Assembly: GCA_951406725.2 (NCBI GenBank)
Contig: OX597823.1
Location: forward strand, 2,480,001 to 2,544,000
DNA: 64,000 nucleotides
Origin: Octopus vulgaris
Taxonomy: Eukaryota
Direction of reading: 5' to 3'
The translations under genes and the position numbers were made by a program. Shown piece after piece: positions 15,390-28,680 of the stretch. Under the pieces are notes generated by a model. It worked only from the letters and a program-made list of their open reading frames with translations, made no database searches and was not told the origin of the DNA. Position 1 is the stretch's first letter. Each line of letters starts with the position of its first letter.

Positions 15390-15601
15390 TTTCTACTCTA
15401 GGCACAAGGCCTGAAATATTGGGGGAGGGGACTAGTCGATTACATCGACCCCAGCGTTTCAGTAGTACTTAATTTATCGACCCCGAAAGGATGAAAAGCA
15501 AAGTCGACCTCAGAAGAACTTGAACTCAGGACGTAGTGACAGGCGAGATACCGTTACGCATTTCGTCCAGTGCGCTAACGATTCTGCCAGCTCGCCGCCT
15601 T
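15390..15601 (-). mobile_element. tRNA-derived SINE
   Basis: Head aaggcggcgagctggcagaatcg..gagttcaagttc and core ttcatcctttcggggtcgataaa. Homologous copies at 39058-39453 and a fragment near 60-135. Confidence 0.8.
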
Positions 15602-17689
15602 CAATCAATAATGTGTGTATCCTTGTGGGCATTTGAAAAATCTTTATGAATTATTACACAAAGATAAAAGGTTAGAAATAGCAGCCAAAATTACCCTTAA
15701 ATAACACAATCCAGTGCTGTGGAGCACGTCGTTCAATGGGACATCTGGACGGCTTCCGATTAGCTGAGGTTCTACATATCGTTTATAGTACTGTGTAGAT
15801 TCGTACCCGTGGTAAAAAAAATAATTTGGACTCCATAGTTACTGGTCTCAACCGATCGAGTTATAAAATATGCAAACAGAGGAACACTTTCTGATTAACG
15901 AATGTTTCTTTCCGTTTGCAACGATGATATGATATCGTTCTACCTGCTGGAAATAGCAGTTAAATACCACGCTACCACTGCTTAAAAATTATTTTATTCT
16001 GTAATACCAGGTATACGATCATACAAGAAAGGTAAGACAAGGCTAGAATATTTATGATCACATATCTGCCAGATTGACTTGGATTAAAGTTTATTTCGAG
16101 AGGGAAAACCGAAGAAAGTCTCTATGCTGCGGCATGACCTGCTAGAAATAGCTGCCCCATACCTCTCAAATCACAGGGTATCCCCTTTGAAAGTGGGACA
16201 CATTGGAAAGTGTAATTATAGACACTGATGTGAAAATACGACAGGAGAGGTGGTCACAACTGGAACACCGTGATTATGCACTTAGCAACCAGTGATATTG
16301 ATGCTTTATATCGCTTCTACTTACTATTTTATATAGCTTTCTGTAAAGTGTTATACGCAGGTGTTTCATTTAGCTTTATATTTTATACACTGCTCTTTCT
16401 GCTATTGACATGTCATATACAGGAAGAGCTTATATACAGCCTTACTTTTTGCTTCTTGCTTTATCTTTTATTTACAATGCTATACTTTATATAAAGAGTC
16501 ATCAGTGGCATGCCCAGAGTGTTCAAGTTAAATTTGACGATTTTTTTATGTGTCCTGTTTTCAAGAATAGCTTGATCTATTGATGAACACTCAACGGCGT
16601 TGGAGAGTATAATGATTACAGTTGTAACTGAAAAACAGTGAGGTGACTGGAAGTCATCTGAATATTGGGAAAGAGTTATTTGTATCATGAGGATTCTCAT
16701 CAGGTATCGAAATGCCGACTTCATCACTGCTGCTCAACTTACTAAGAACACTGTAAAGGATGTAAGACCTGACATGGACAGCTAGAACGGAGACTACGAA
16801 GCTGTGCTCAGCAGGAAGGGACACACCAAGCGTTCTGATTGCGTCCGTACGCTGGAATATATCCAACAACTGCAGAACAAGGTGATGGCAGATCCAAGCA
16901 AAAGAATCTGAGCCTTGGCGAAAGAGATGCGCGTTAGAGTGAAGTTGGCTCTGAATGATGACCTTTGTACTACTACTTACCACTAGTACAGGAGGCACAA
17001 GGGACAAATTCTGGTCAAGGACAGCCACTTGACAAAAGAAAATAGGCTTTTGAACAAGATGAGGCACCGTGTCGAGCCGAGGATGAGCTGGTTATTCTCA
17101 GAAGAATAGAACTTCTGCCGGAACCAGTTGCATAACACCTAGAACAACAAGTGGCTTGCCGGCAATCCCCGTGGTGTCCCATTTATCATGAACACCAAGT
17201 TTCCCAACCTGCAATGGCCTTTGTGTGTGTCTCTAGTCAGGTTGACGTCATACAGCCCCATATCTTTGAACAGGGCCTTAGGCTCGAATCAGACGACTAT
17301 GTGAAGCTGCAGGAAACTATGGTCAAATCCTGCTGGAAGGCCATAAGTTAAAGAACAGGATTTATCTCCTTGCCATACTCCAGGAAAGAGTTAGAAGTGA
17401 TTGTCAGAGAATTTCTACAACTTTATCAGCCCCAATTTCTAGCCTTCTCAGTCCCCCAATTTTGTGTGCAGTTTAAGGGCAGTTTAACTGCTATGTTTAG
17501 CACATCTAAAGATCACCTGATATACTTCATGTTTCTACGTTACTCTGACGTATTGATGCTTTTCTATATCCCCCCCCCCACCATAAACACACTTAATGGT
17601 CCCTTGCTGGAATTTAAGCAAAAAATTCGGACTGTCCATATTTTAAATTCTGATTAAAAAAAACATTCAAAAAATTCAGAAAATTTTTT

Positions 17690-17869
17690 TATTTATATTA
17701 TTTACAATTGACGGATATTTGTCCTCATCTTATTTGTTGTTAACACAACGTTTCAGCTGATATACCCTCCAGCCTTCATCAGGTGTCTTGGGGAAATTTC
17801 AAATTTAGGTTCTCATTCCTAAGGTATCTTTCGATGTTGTTATTATTACTATTATTATTATTATTATTA

Positions 17870-17939
<70 letters not shown>

Positions 17940-17980
17940 CATTATTATTATTATTATTATCATTATTATTATTATTATTA

Positions 17981-18032
<52 letters not shown>

Positions 18033-18120
18033 TATTATTCAGGTCACTGCCTGGAATCGAACTCGGAATCTTGGGGTTAGTAGCCCGCGCTCTTAAACAC
18101 TACACCATATGCACGTGGGC
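17690..18120 (-). mobile_element. tRNA-headed SINE with internal (AAT)n and a 3' hammerhead ribozyme
   Basis: A box TGGTGTAGTGTT (18107-18096), B box GAGTTCGATTCC (18064-18053), (AAT)n at about 17836-18039, hammerhead at 17786-17743. Confidence 0.7.
17743..17786 (-). ncRNA. Minimal type I hammerhead ribozyme, canonical core
   Basis: acac-CTGATGA-aggctggagggtatatcagct-GAAA-cg-TT-gtgt. Confidence 0.8.
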
Positions 18121-18977
18121 AAAAAAAAAAAATTGCTTAAAAATTCGGAAAATTAAAAAAAAAGAATTACCAAAATCATATGAATTCCTTTGTGTAGAAC
18201 TCAAATTTGCAAAATATTTTTGACAATTTAAAAAAATAAAAGGTTATAGGGTGCTTAAAGCAAAATTCCGCTGAAGATTTTGCCAGTAACACAGTGAGGA
18301 ACGCACGTGCCAGGTTGCAGAGCCGTCTTGAGACCGTGATGGAAGCTGTGGGTGGCTATTTTGAATAAACTGCCATCTTTATATTTTTATTTTTATATGA
18401 GATGTTATTTTCTTTTCTTTTTAAGCAGACTGTCAAATTTAACCTGAACATCCTTTATGTGATAACTCCATAGCAATTAGATTATAAAAATCCTTGAGAA
18501 ATGTATTTTGTCGTTGACCACTGGGTCAGTCCTGGACAAGAAAAACTATGGTTTTTTAAAATTAGATATTTGAACAATAGGAATGACGTATGTTGAGGGG
18601 AAATTTGGCTACTATTTCTAGCAGATTGAAGGGTTACATAATGTAGTTTCTTGGTTGCCTAAGTCTACGATGTAGGTTTGATTAATGGCCAGAGAAATTT
18701 AACTGTAATGGGAAATTCAATTGCTAATAACAACTACCAAAGTAGGAAGTCTAAAATTATTTCATATACAACATTATTATAAAATATTCTCTTGAATTTT
18801 GTTTACAAAACACATAGCCGATCCCATTCGCACTAATCGGTAGTATGGTTACCAGGCAAGCGATAAATTCATGGCTGGACTCAGCCATATAATTCTTACC
18901 ATTTTGGGCTTAATCATAAATAGAAAACAAAACAATTAAAAATCATCTTTTTATTACAATACCAGATATATACTCAC

Positions 18978-19181
18978 CTTAAGAGGGAAGCCCTCTACGT
19001 ATTTTAACTTATAGAGGTCACGATTCTTCTGCATTTCATTTATTCGTTCGGCTTTACATGGATCTTTCTCTCGCGTTAATGGAGGAAGATCGATGGGATG
19101 ACGTGATCCTGGCAAGAGCCAGCTAAAAATACCAATATTTGGTGCAGCTCCCTGGTGGGAGCTTGTCATCAGATCATCCAT
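18978..19181 (-). CDS. Probable first coding exon of the lipoxygenase-like gene (MDDLMTSS...DPCKAERINEMQKNRDLYKLKYVEGFPLK)
   Basis: Acceptor ctaaaaacag directly before 19183, ATG at 19181, donor AAG|gtgagt. DP..ER..E....R.LY......G.P resembles the start of the lipoxygenase catalytic domain. Confidence 0.7.
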
Positions 19182-19263
19182 TTCTGTTTTTAGAAAATAG
19201 AGAATGAAAGACTTGTGTCATATTACAGCAATAACCCAAACAGTTTTAGTTTTCTCAATATAT

Positions 19264-19300
<37 letters not shown>

Positions 19301-19341
19301 TTCTCTCTCTCTCTCTCTATCTATCTATCTAGCTATACACA

Positions 19342-19375
<34 letters not shown>

Positions 19376-19799
19376 TATTTAAGTCACAATATATGGCTTC
19401 AAGTAATCCGGGAATATTCATAAAAAAGCTACTTAATGTATCATTCTACGAAACAGAATACAAAGGAAAATGATAAGGAGTGTATAACAATATAAATGAC
19501 GGGAGTAAATATAATGATAAAGTTTATTTAACTATAAGAAAATTCAAATATCACAACACATTGTTTTGTAATTTAAGGCATGTTAACATAATTTATTTTG
19601 TTATATTTAATAAATAAATTACTTATCTTCAAAAATCGTTTTAAACAATGCAGAAATTAAGCTACATCCTTAGATGAAAGAAAACTCTTTCTTAAATACT
19701 AAATACTTTAGAATCTAACAAAGATTTTTCTTTTCACCTGAGAATTTAGTTAAAATTTCTGCTTTGTTTTAAACGATTTTTTGTATTAATGCAGACATG

Positions 19800-21049
19800 T
19801 AAGTCACTCATATCGCTTGACCGTCGTGTCTTGTCCCAGACATTGGTCTGATTACGCTGGAGCTTATACTCCTCCGCTTCTTATGGAGGGGATGCGTCCC
19901 GGTGGTCAGGCGGTCTATCTGCTGTCAACACCCACTGCGTGGTGGACTGAGCATGGTGGTTGATGATGTGCAGTTATGCACTGAGGCTACGAGAACTCCA
20001 GTGCTTCCTTGACGGTGAACAGGTGTGATTGCCATTCGCCAGACACGTATTTCCGCAGTTAGTTTCTTTAGCGGAGATGCAGTCCTTGGTAAAACAGAGA
20101 CCGAGGGGGAGCATTTGGAAAGTGGAATGTCTTCAAGTGCTTCCCTCAGCTAATAGGGAACTGCTTAGGTGGAACATCCACTTTAGTATTTTATAGAGGA
20201 TTAGTGGAGGAAAAGTGCGACAATGTTATTGGGGTGGCCTTGGGTATCGAGAGAGATCTGCTAGTCGCTCTTTTCCGGAGAACTTTCGGGCTGTGACCAA
20301 TGGATAATTTCCAAAAATCTCTGACCTGGAAGTGCTACTGGGTAGCTTTGCCTGTCGGGATAAACTTTACAGGCACGGAAGTTCCGTCAGCCGAGCATGT
20401 TCGAGATGCACGCAGGACGACGAGAAGGTCCTGCATGCACTCGTCCAGTGCCCGAGCATTGCTGTCCTCTGGGTTTATGTCGAACACCTGCTGTCGCGTG
20501 TGGGACGGATCCGGCTGTCAACTGAATCCATTGCGAAGATCACCCTGCCGCCTTCCCTTAGCCGGGAAGGAAAGGCTGTTTTTATATGTCCGGTGGCCAT
20601 GGCGAAAGAGGTTGTATGGTGGACGAGATTGAAGGGACTGAAGACAAACACTTTTCTCTTTGGCCAATCCCTGTTGAACTTTTTCAAGTTTCACTTTTAG
20701 CCATTTTGCTAAAAGGTGGATGAAAGAGGCGAGAATGGTGTGAGTGAACGAGCCTGCCCTGAGCATTCGCCTGTAGTTGGAAAAAAGGAAAGGAAAATAG
20801 GCAAAAGTCAGGATACCCATGGTTTTTTTACGGGCTTTTTCCATGAGCATCCCTCGAACGTCTCCTCCCTACTGAGGATTACACAGCGTTGATTTCTCTC
20901 TCATTGAAAAAAATTTGTTAGACTTGCTTACACGCAAAATCCTTACAACACACTCTCACACATATACACGAGTTTTTGTTTTGTCCTGAGCTGTCCATAA
21001 TGTTTTTCTAATGTAAACCTTTGTGGTAAATAAAGAAATCATCATCGTT

Positions 21050-21118
<69 letters not shown>
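19800..21118 (+). mobile_element. 3' fragment of a Tx1/L1-like LINE with (ATC/ATT)n tail
   Basis: zf-RVT-like LPVRDKLYRHGS..CSRC..EKVLHALVQC..LW, then aataaa and a simple-repeat tail. Confidence 0.7.
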
Positions 21119-21120
<2 letters not shown>

Positions 21121-21199
21121 AAACAGTTTGCTTCAACCCCATGTGATGTAACGTTTTGTAGCAGAAGTTCGTCTCTTTCATTAGATTACCAAATGGAGA

Positions 21200-21530
21200 A
21201 ACACAGGAACTTGTATCCAGGTATGGGTGGCGTTTCTGGTATTCCTTGAAGAAAATTGTCCGTTTAAAGTGATGGGATCCTTTTTCCTTTTTTATCAGTT
21301 TTGGGACAATGTTAAATAGGGGAGAGCCTGTTGAGGAAAAGTTGTGTCGCAGTGTACCTATATGTTGTGATCCTGAATTGTGCCGGGTACGTATGGCCCG
21401 TGGTCCCAGCCTTGGATGAACCTTGAAACTAATGTCCAGGTCGTTTGGGCAATGCAGAAAGTATTTTCTTCACATTGTGCAATTGATGTACCGCTCGCGG
21501 CGGCGCTGGAGAGAGTAGAGTTTCAAGGCT
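21200..21530 (-). mobile_element. CR1-like LINE 3' fragment
   Basis: Similar to the C-terminal region of 59157-59530 (SLQRRRER, TLRHNF..TG..LFNI.PK). Confidence 0.75.
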
Positions 21531-22012
21531 TTAAGGGGGGGGGGGGCAGTAATCGAGATCAGTCATGCCTTCAATTCGTTTAGTGAGTGCCCTCTGGGGT
21601 GATTCAATATATATAGAAGGGGTGTATTTCCACGCGGGAAAAAGTATAGGAGAATTTGTTTTTGAATATGCACCTGACTTTGAAAAACTTGCTTTTAAAT
21701 AAATTAATTTACATACATACCAAGCTAGTTTCAACAATTTTTTGTCAATAGTATAAACGTATATAAAACAATGCGAAGAAGAAAACTAGTTTAAATGATT
21801 AAATGTTCACAAAATTCAATAACAGGGGTAGATAATATCAAAAATGATCGGCGAAGAATATAAAAAATGTGGATTACTAGAAGTTCAGTGAAACTGAGTT
21901 ATTATAGAATATTTGGACAAGAGAGAGAAAAGAAAAAATCTTGCGTGTTATTCTTTTTCCGTCGCGTACAGGGCTTTTCGCTTTTAACGGAATGTTTTGG
22001 AATTAGTATATG

Positions 22013-22059
<47 letters not shown>

Positions 22060-22063
<4 letters not shown>

Positions 22064-22265
22064 GTGATCTCGTGAGCACCGCAAGCAATTTTTTTCCTCT
22101 GTCTTCCCTTCTCAGGATCTTTCCTTCTCCTTTGTTTCCGACGAAGAGCTCCGCTCGAAACGTTAAACCCTCCTTCTTCCCTTCTTTCCTGGGCTTCCAA
22201 TAATACTTTAATTGTTCCACGTCCTCGCGTTCCTGTGTTTTTTTTCTGTGTTTTCTTGTTTGGAT

Positions 22266-22270
<5 letters not shown>
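22060..22270 (+). mobile_element. Short non-coding hammerhead-bearing element (solo pLTR or retrozyme-like) between TA repeats
   Basis: Contains the hammerhead at 22134-22168. Its 3' part is similar to the reverse complement of about 58975-59040. Confidence 0.55.
22134..22168 (+). ncRNA. Minimal hammerhead motif (core CCGACGA)
   Basis: gttt-CCGACGA-agagctccgctc-GAAA-cg-TT-aaac. Confidence 0.7.
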
Positions 22271-22301
<31 letters not shown>

Positions 22302-22689
22302 TCTCCGCGGACGGATCTAATTTTTGATTCGTTATAATTCTGATCACGTCTTATTCTTTCTGATGGTCAAGTTTAGCGTTCTGCTTGGTTGACCCGGTTG
22401 GTTGATTCTCATAAAGGGTCAGTTTGTTTTCCTGAGGGTCCGGTTCTGATTGGAAGTAAAATTCCATTCGTCTAGTGATTGGTAAGGTCAGCAACTGGTG
22501 TTTGAGAGGGTGTATGGTGTTATTGGATAGTATAGGTGTGTAGTTATTGTATAGAGTTGCAGTTTCGAAACCCAGGTGGAAGACTGTTACTAAAGTTTTC
22601 GAATTATGTCTGTTGTATCTGGTTGTTTTTTTGTGGAGAAATTGAGCCTCTTCTACTTTCTGGTGTTGATGTTGTCAGCAAAACCAAAC

Positions 22690-23900
22690 ATCTTCAGGTA
22701 TTCAGCGATCTAAGAATGAGGCGTCATATCATATGCCTTCTTAAAGTCAATCCAAGCCACAGACATTTTTGTATGATGTTTCTTACAATGCCTCAAAACT
22801 GTTTTATCGATGACCAGGTGATCTTTGGTACCCTGAGAACTCTTCCTACATCCTTTTTGTACACTTTGTAGTATTTCTTCTTGTGCTAGGAAAGTGTATG
22901 TAGTTTCTCAAAATATTACCCTTTCTTCTATCTTTCATTACAAGTGTTGTCCTCCCAGTCACCATCCACGCGGGGACTGTACCTTTCTGGTCACACTCAT
23001 TCAATTGGGCTGCTAGTCTTTCATGCGCCGAGTGGCATCTCTTCAGCCAGAAGCCACGAATCCCATCTGGTCTGGGGACTTTCAAGTTAGGCACTTTAAC
23101 CACTTGTTCTTTCACATCACCCGTCCTTATGACAATATTCCTTTATTTCTTACCTCCTTGTAATTTTGTCTTGATAGTCCCTATCCACATCGCATCCCTT
23201 TTATGCACCACCTTGTTTCCCTATAATCCACTCAAGAACTCCTGGCTTGATTTACATCAGGAGCAACATTTTCCCCATTGTCTCTTTGTAACGGGCGGAA
23301 GAATTGCTTCGAGTTATTTTTGAACAATCAGTTCTCCTCGAACTGCTTATTTCTGTTCACAAATCTTCTGATCTTCTGGCTTTTTGCTATGATCCTCTGT
23401 TTTAACTGCTCTATTACTGTATCAAACCCGCTCTTCCGTATTTTATACTTCTTCCCTAATTTTTCTGTCGGTCTTTTTCCCATTTTTCCAGTTTCCTCTT
23501 AACTATTGCTCAGTTTTTCCTAGATCTTGCCTTACCCGTATTATGTCCCGTTTCGATGCGTTCTTTCCACCATGTTCTTTTGCTCCACCATTTTTGTTCC
23601 CTTAAGTTGTAATTTCTCCTCAACAAGTAGCGCAATAGCTCGGAGATTCCTTGTTTGTGTTATGTCCTCCGACTGGATGTATGGTATAACAGTATTTATC
23701 TTTCGTGTTACTTTATTTATCATACTCCTATCTTTATCATATTCATGGGTATTTTTTTTCTGAAGTCGGTGAGTCGTCTTTGAATTTCAAGCAATTCATT
23801 ATCTAGTTGGTTCATTTCCCCGGCATGTCCACCCACCACAGTATCAGGGTTATCCTCCTCCTCCTCCTCCTCCTCCTTATCATCATCATCATCATCATCA
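22690..23900 (-). mobile_element. Degenerate R4/Dong-like LINE fragment (N-terminal RT region)
   Basis: NLKVPRPDGIRGFWLK..VPAWMVTGRTTLVMKD; homologous to 30540-30780. Confidence 0.75.
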
Positions 23901-24049
23901 TCACCATCATCATTTTTATTATTTACTTTTAATCTGCATGTTGCAATCACTCGCCGAGACACACCTAACATCCTAGGGCGAGAGAAGGATAAGAGATGTT
24001 ATAGCATGACTGAAAGCTTGGGGAGCGCAAGTGACAGGGGCAATAGCGA

Positions 24050-25580
24050 AATATCTTCATGTAATACAATGGAAACATTTAAATTGATAGGGATTTTCTA
24101 AGGATGTAGTGAGTACTTGTCAGCACAATCTGTTGGATTTGTCTTAGACATTGTTCTCCTGGGATATTATGTAGATGTTTCTAACATCCCTTTCTTATCA
24201 TACCAAGGGCACCCACAATAACAGGAATAGTTCTCGTTTTAAGATGCCACATCTTTTGTATTTCAATTTCCAGGTCCTCATATTTACATAATTTGTCAAT
24301 CTTTTCATCAGTAGGAACACTTACATCCATTGATCTACAAGTATTGATTCGTCTTTAATGACTATGTCTGGTCGATTAGCCTGCATCCTTCTGTTGGTAT
24401 TGACTGGAAAATTCCAGAGGACAGTGCCATTTTTACCTTCAACGACTGGCTCAGGATGATGTCCATACCAGTAAGCAAGAGTGCTGATTTTGTATTGTCC
24501 GCATATTTTCCAAAGTAAATACTGTCCTACCTTATAGTAACTTTGTATTCATTTGGTGTCAACACAGGACATCCCGTGACAAGATGGTCTATTGTTTCAT
24601 CAAATTTGTCGCAGAATCTGCATTTAGGGTCAGAACCGTTTTGAAGAACATTAGCCAGGTAGGTTTTGATAAGCAAGCTTTAATCTTGTGCCACCACTAT
24701 AAAGCCATCAGTCTCTGCTTTCAGTCCTGAGCTTCTCAACCACTGATGGGTTGTTGCTTGGTCTACATCAGCATTTCGGCTTCGGAGTATATACTGTCCA
24801 TGCAGAGGTTTCTGGCTCCATCGCACCTCAATTTTTTTCTGCCCGTTTTTGTTGCAGTCTTTTTGATCCGTTTTGCTTTTTTCGTGGCGGTGGTTTCAGG
24901 TTCTTCATCTAACTCAGGGTTAATGTCAAGTTCTTTTGCGAATTTTAAAGTTTCCTTGACAATAGAATGTGTTTTTCGCTGCTTTCATGTTTGCATACAA
25001 ACCGCACCATCCAGTCTTCTGTACTAGATAAGTACATGTTCATTGCTATTGTGGTGCTTCTACTTGCAACATTCCTCTTCCTCCAGACTTCTAGGTAGGT
25101 ACAGACGATCAAAGCCTGCTTTTGGGTGGTGCATGATTTCATGTTAGTAGTTTTCTTATCTTCTTGTCCAAGCATTGGAGCTTTGTAATATTCCAGTTAA
25201 CTTTATTGGACTACTGGAAGTGTCAGGGAGTTAATGGCATCGATGCAATATTTGGAGTTGACTTCAGTTTTTAGTATGCGTCTTATTCTTCTGTAATACT
25301 CCTTTAGTATTTTTTCTTTCATTGTAGCATGTTGTATTCGTTTCCTTCGTTTATCCTGTGATCTTTATAGTTTCCTTATGGGTCAAGATCCTTGATGGCA
25401 GTGTCAGTATCTAATTTAATGGAAACTGTTTGCTTGAGCTTTCCTTTCACAAAAGTTATCAAGGCCCAAATCCCTCACAGTGTCACTGCTGGACTCTTTA
25501 ACAGTAGTTAACAGCCCAACTAGCTCTTTGTCATTTCTAGCAAAAGGCTTCAGGTCGTCCATATAAAACAGATGGCTTAC
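24050..25580 (-). mobile_element. Degenerate R4/Dong-like LINE fragment (RT C-terminus, CCHC, RLE)
   Basis: HLFYMDDLK near 25550-25580, WLRSSGLKAETDG, CRFCDK..ETIDHLVTGCPVL, NRPDIV. Confidence 0.8.
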
Positions 25581-25599
25581 TATAATATTATACAGTAGC

Positions 25600-26750
25600 A
25601 GAGATACCCAGCATTGTTCGGGATTAAAATGGAATAGTTTGTATACATAATGCAGTTATGTTGAAACAGGTGATACGGGGAAAGTGCAACAGTGGCAACA
25701 AGACATTTGTGGAGTAAATGATGGTCTGATTCCACTAAGCGACATGTCATGCATCCGTTTGGAGTATCCGAGGCCCTAACCTGTCATGGAAAATTGGGGG
25801 TGGGGGTATGTGATTCTTGAATGCGTCGCAAAACTGTTAGTGGATATACTCTCCTTTGCGGCGGTCGGCGCTGCATCTAACACGACCCATCGTCTGAAGT
25901 TTTGATACCTCCTTCGGGTTTGTTGTATTACATCACTCATAAAGTAAAATTTAGAGGAGGTATAGTTGTTCATTTGTAAGAAACAAGAAAGCAATGAGAT
26001 GATAGACTTGCCCTTGAACTTCGAACGTCGTCGTAAATCCATGTTCAACTCTCTCCTAAGATGAACCAAACGATGTCATTTGGAATGCAGAGTTGTATTG
26101 CCTGATATTATTCAGAAAATCCTTTGACTGGATGGAAGTACTTTCCAGAAGATCCATAAGAGGTTGAAGGGGAGCTGGTAGTGCTGGTAATCTTACCTTA
26201 CCGCCTGAGCAGCACATGCCATTTGTTTCATTTGGAAATTTTGAAGCTTTGCAGAGATAACAATTTGAGTTTAGCACACCAATTTGGACAAAATGATCAT
26301 TTTTGTAAGAATGGGATGGATTATATCTAAAAGCAGCTTCAGGAGTTGTGAAGAACAAATTTGTACGTAGTCTGTTTCTGAGAGCCGTTCTATTGGACTT
26401 CTGTCTAATCATTAAGACATTGTTTTAATGATTCAGCATTAAGTCCTGCAGCGTTCTTTTGCTGATCTTGGCAAAGTCTCATCTCACCTCTGTCTTGAGA
26501 CTCCATTTGATGTGCTACAGCATGCATTTGCTGATGTTGGGAATGTCTCATCTCTCTTCTCCATTGCCACTCCATTCGACATGCTGTGAGATTCCATTTT
26601 ATGTTCTGCAGCATGCCTTTGCTGATCTTGAGAAAGTCTCATCTCCTTTCTGTCTTGAGACTCAGTTTTCTACAATCCTCTTAGCTTTATACTTATTTGT
26701 GCCTTTTCTTTGGCGACATATCTTTTTAAACATTGTAAACAAAAAATTAT
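25600..26750 (-). mobile_element. Helitron Rep/helicase N-terminal fragment
   Basis: CYLCKASKFPNETNGMCCSGGKVRLP...FLNNIRQYNSAFQMTSFG (Helitron-like N-terminal region). Confidence 0.85.
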
Positions 26751-26930
26751 GAATAGAAAAAATTATACTTTAATCTTTAAGCAGTTGTAGTATGTAGTAT
26801 GTCTTTATTTTTGCATGCAGTATAAATTAACCAAATATAAGGAATTTAAAGAAATAGAAGCAATTGTATGAACTGCAAATTTAACGGTGAATGCCACAAT
26901 AATTATTATAGATAAATTTCTCAATTTATA

Positions 26931-28193
26931 TTGGATTGGCAACTAAGTTCTCACAGTTTTTTTTAAATTTTGGAATTTATTGCGTTTTTAAATTTTGGAA
27001 TCTATTTTTTTGAGAATTCTATTTTTGAATCTTTTTGGAAACTATTAATTTTTGTTTATTTTCAGATCATTTAAATGGAATGCCAAGTTAAGAAAAACGA
27101 GCATTTTCGACACCTTTTTGCTTTTAATCAAAGTTCTAAGGCCACAAAAGCTGCTCGCAACATTTAAGCTGTGTATGGAGAGGGTGCCATAGCTGAAAGA
27201 ACCGCTCGTGATTAGTATGCCAAGTACAAAAATGGTAATTTTAACTTCAAAGACGCACCTCGTTCTGACCGTCCAGTTGAGTTCGATGAAGATCGATTAA
27301 ACCAACTTTTGCACTAAAATTCTCGTCAAACGACAAGGGAACTGGCAGAGAAAATGGAATGCTCCCACACTGCTATAAAGAAGCATCTTCATTCGATGAG
27401 AAAGGTTCAGAAGTATGGAGCATGGTATCCGCATGCTTTAAGTGACAACAACAAAAGTCAAGGGGCCACACTCTCCGCTGGTTTGCTTGCTCGTCACCGC
27501 TCAACTCATGGACACAAGCAACGATTTCTTTATTGAATCGTTACTGGCGACGAAAAATGTTGCCTGTACATCAATATGAAGCAGCATAAGGAATGGCTTA
27601 GCTTCAGTAAACAAGCGACACCGTGCGTAAAACAAGATCTTCATCCATGTAATACGATGTTGTGCGTATGGTGGGACTGGGAAGGGATTATCTATTACGA
27701 ATGGCTTGAACGGAACCAAACGGTCAACGTGGAACTCTATGTTCAACAGATGGAACGACTCAACATGGCTATTCAAGAGAAAAGACCTAATCAACAGCAT
27801 GGAGTTCTTCTGTTGTATGACAACGCCTGCACTCATATCGCCAATATGACCAAGAAAACCATTCAAACGCATTGCTGGGAAGTGCTGCCACACCTGCCGT
27901 ACTCTTCTGATTTGACACCAACGAATTTCCATTTCTTTCGACCTCTTTCAAATGCTATGCGCGGAGTTTCGTTCAATACTGATGCGGAATTGAGAGCTTG
28001 GTTGGATTAATTTTTCGAGTCGAAATCGGGTGATTTCTACCAACGAGGTATTGAAAATCTTGTTGAACGTTGGGAAGAAGTTGTAAACAACAAGGGTGAA
28101 TACATTGTTGATTAATTAGTTGTTATTTTTTATTAAAACTTTTTAAAAATCTAAATTTTTAAAAAAACGGTGGTAACTTAGTTGGCAACCCAA
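26931..28193 (+). mobile_element. Full-length decayed mariner (mellifera-subfamily-like TIRs)
   Basis: TA flanks; TIRs ttggattggcaactaagtt / aacttagttggcaacccaa; WYPHAL, TGDEK, YDNA and PYSSDL motifs with stops and frameshifts. Confidence 0.93.
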
Positions 28194-28419
28194 TATATAT
28201 TAAGCACTGTTCACGTTAAGTTATCAAATATTCATTTATTTCATATATAACAGAAATAAGATGGACTTAGTGTTATCGCATTAGAATTAAATGTGAAAGA
28301 ATAGAAGTGAAACAATATTATATCACATCACAATATAGATCTCATTCTTTCACTTTTGACACTTAATACCGAACCAGTGCCAATGTTATATTGTTCTAAT
28401 CCAAATGAAAAAAAAATTA

Positions 28420-28680
28420 CATGTTGACACTCAAGTATCCTAAATGTTGGAATCAGCACCGGTAGGGCAAATGCATTGTGGGATATTGTCTTGTAAGAGG
28501 AGAGAGTTCGGACTAATATTTTTCTTAGTCTGGTGTAATAGTCTAGGGTCACTCTATCTTTATTCACAGTACCTTGGTATGATATATGTTCATCATTGCC
28601 AAGGTACCTGTAGCATTCTTTGTATGTTACAGGTGAGATAGTGAAACCATTGATGCACAGGTTTTGTGTCTGGGAGACTG
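28420..28680 (-). mobile_element. Small R4/Dong-like RT fragment
   Basis: DYYTRLRKIL..LSSYKTISHNAFALPVLIPTF. Confidence 0.55.

Larger units (their letters stand above)
16515..18455 (+). mobile_element. Degenerate Tc1/mariner element (maT/DD37D-like) with nested insertions
   Basis: TIRs cagagtgttcaagttaaatttgac / gtcaaatttaacctgaacatcctt. A decayed FSEE.NF...HNT.NNKWLA motif lies near 17095-17160. Confidence 0.65.

Noticed and set aside
18040-18120. Functional tRNA gene (also considered at 53866-53940 and near 34460-34520)
   Set aside because: Acceptor stems are not intact and the sequences continue into repeat bodies; interpreted as SINE heads.
21140-21192. Possible minus-strand hammerhead (CTAATGA...AAAACGTT)
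   Set aside because: Both core motifs are mutated and stem I does not pair.
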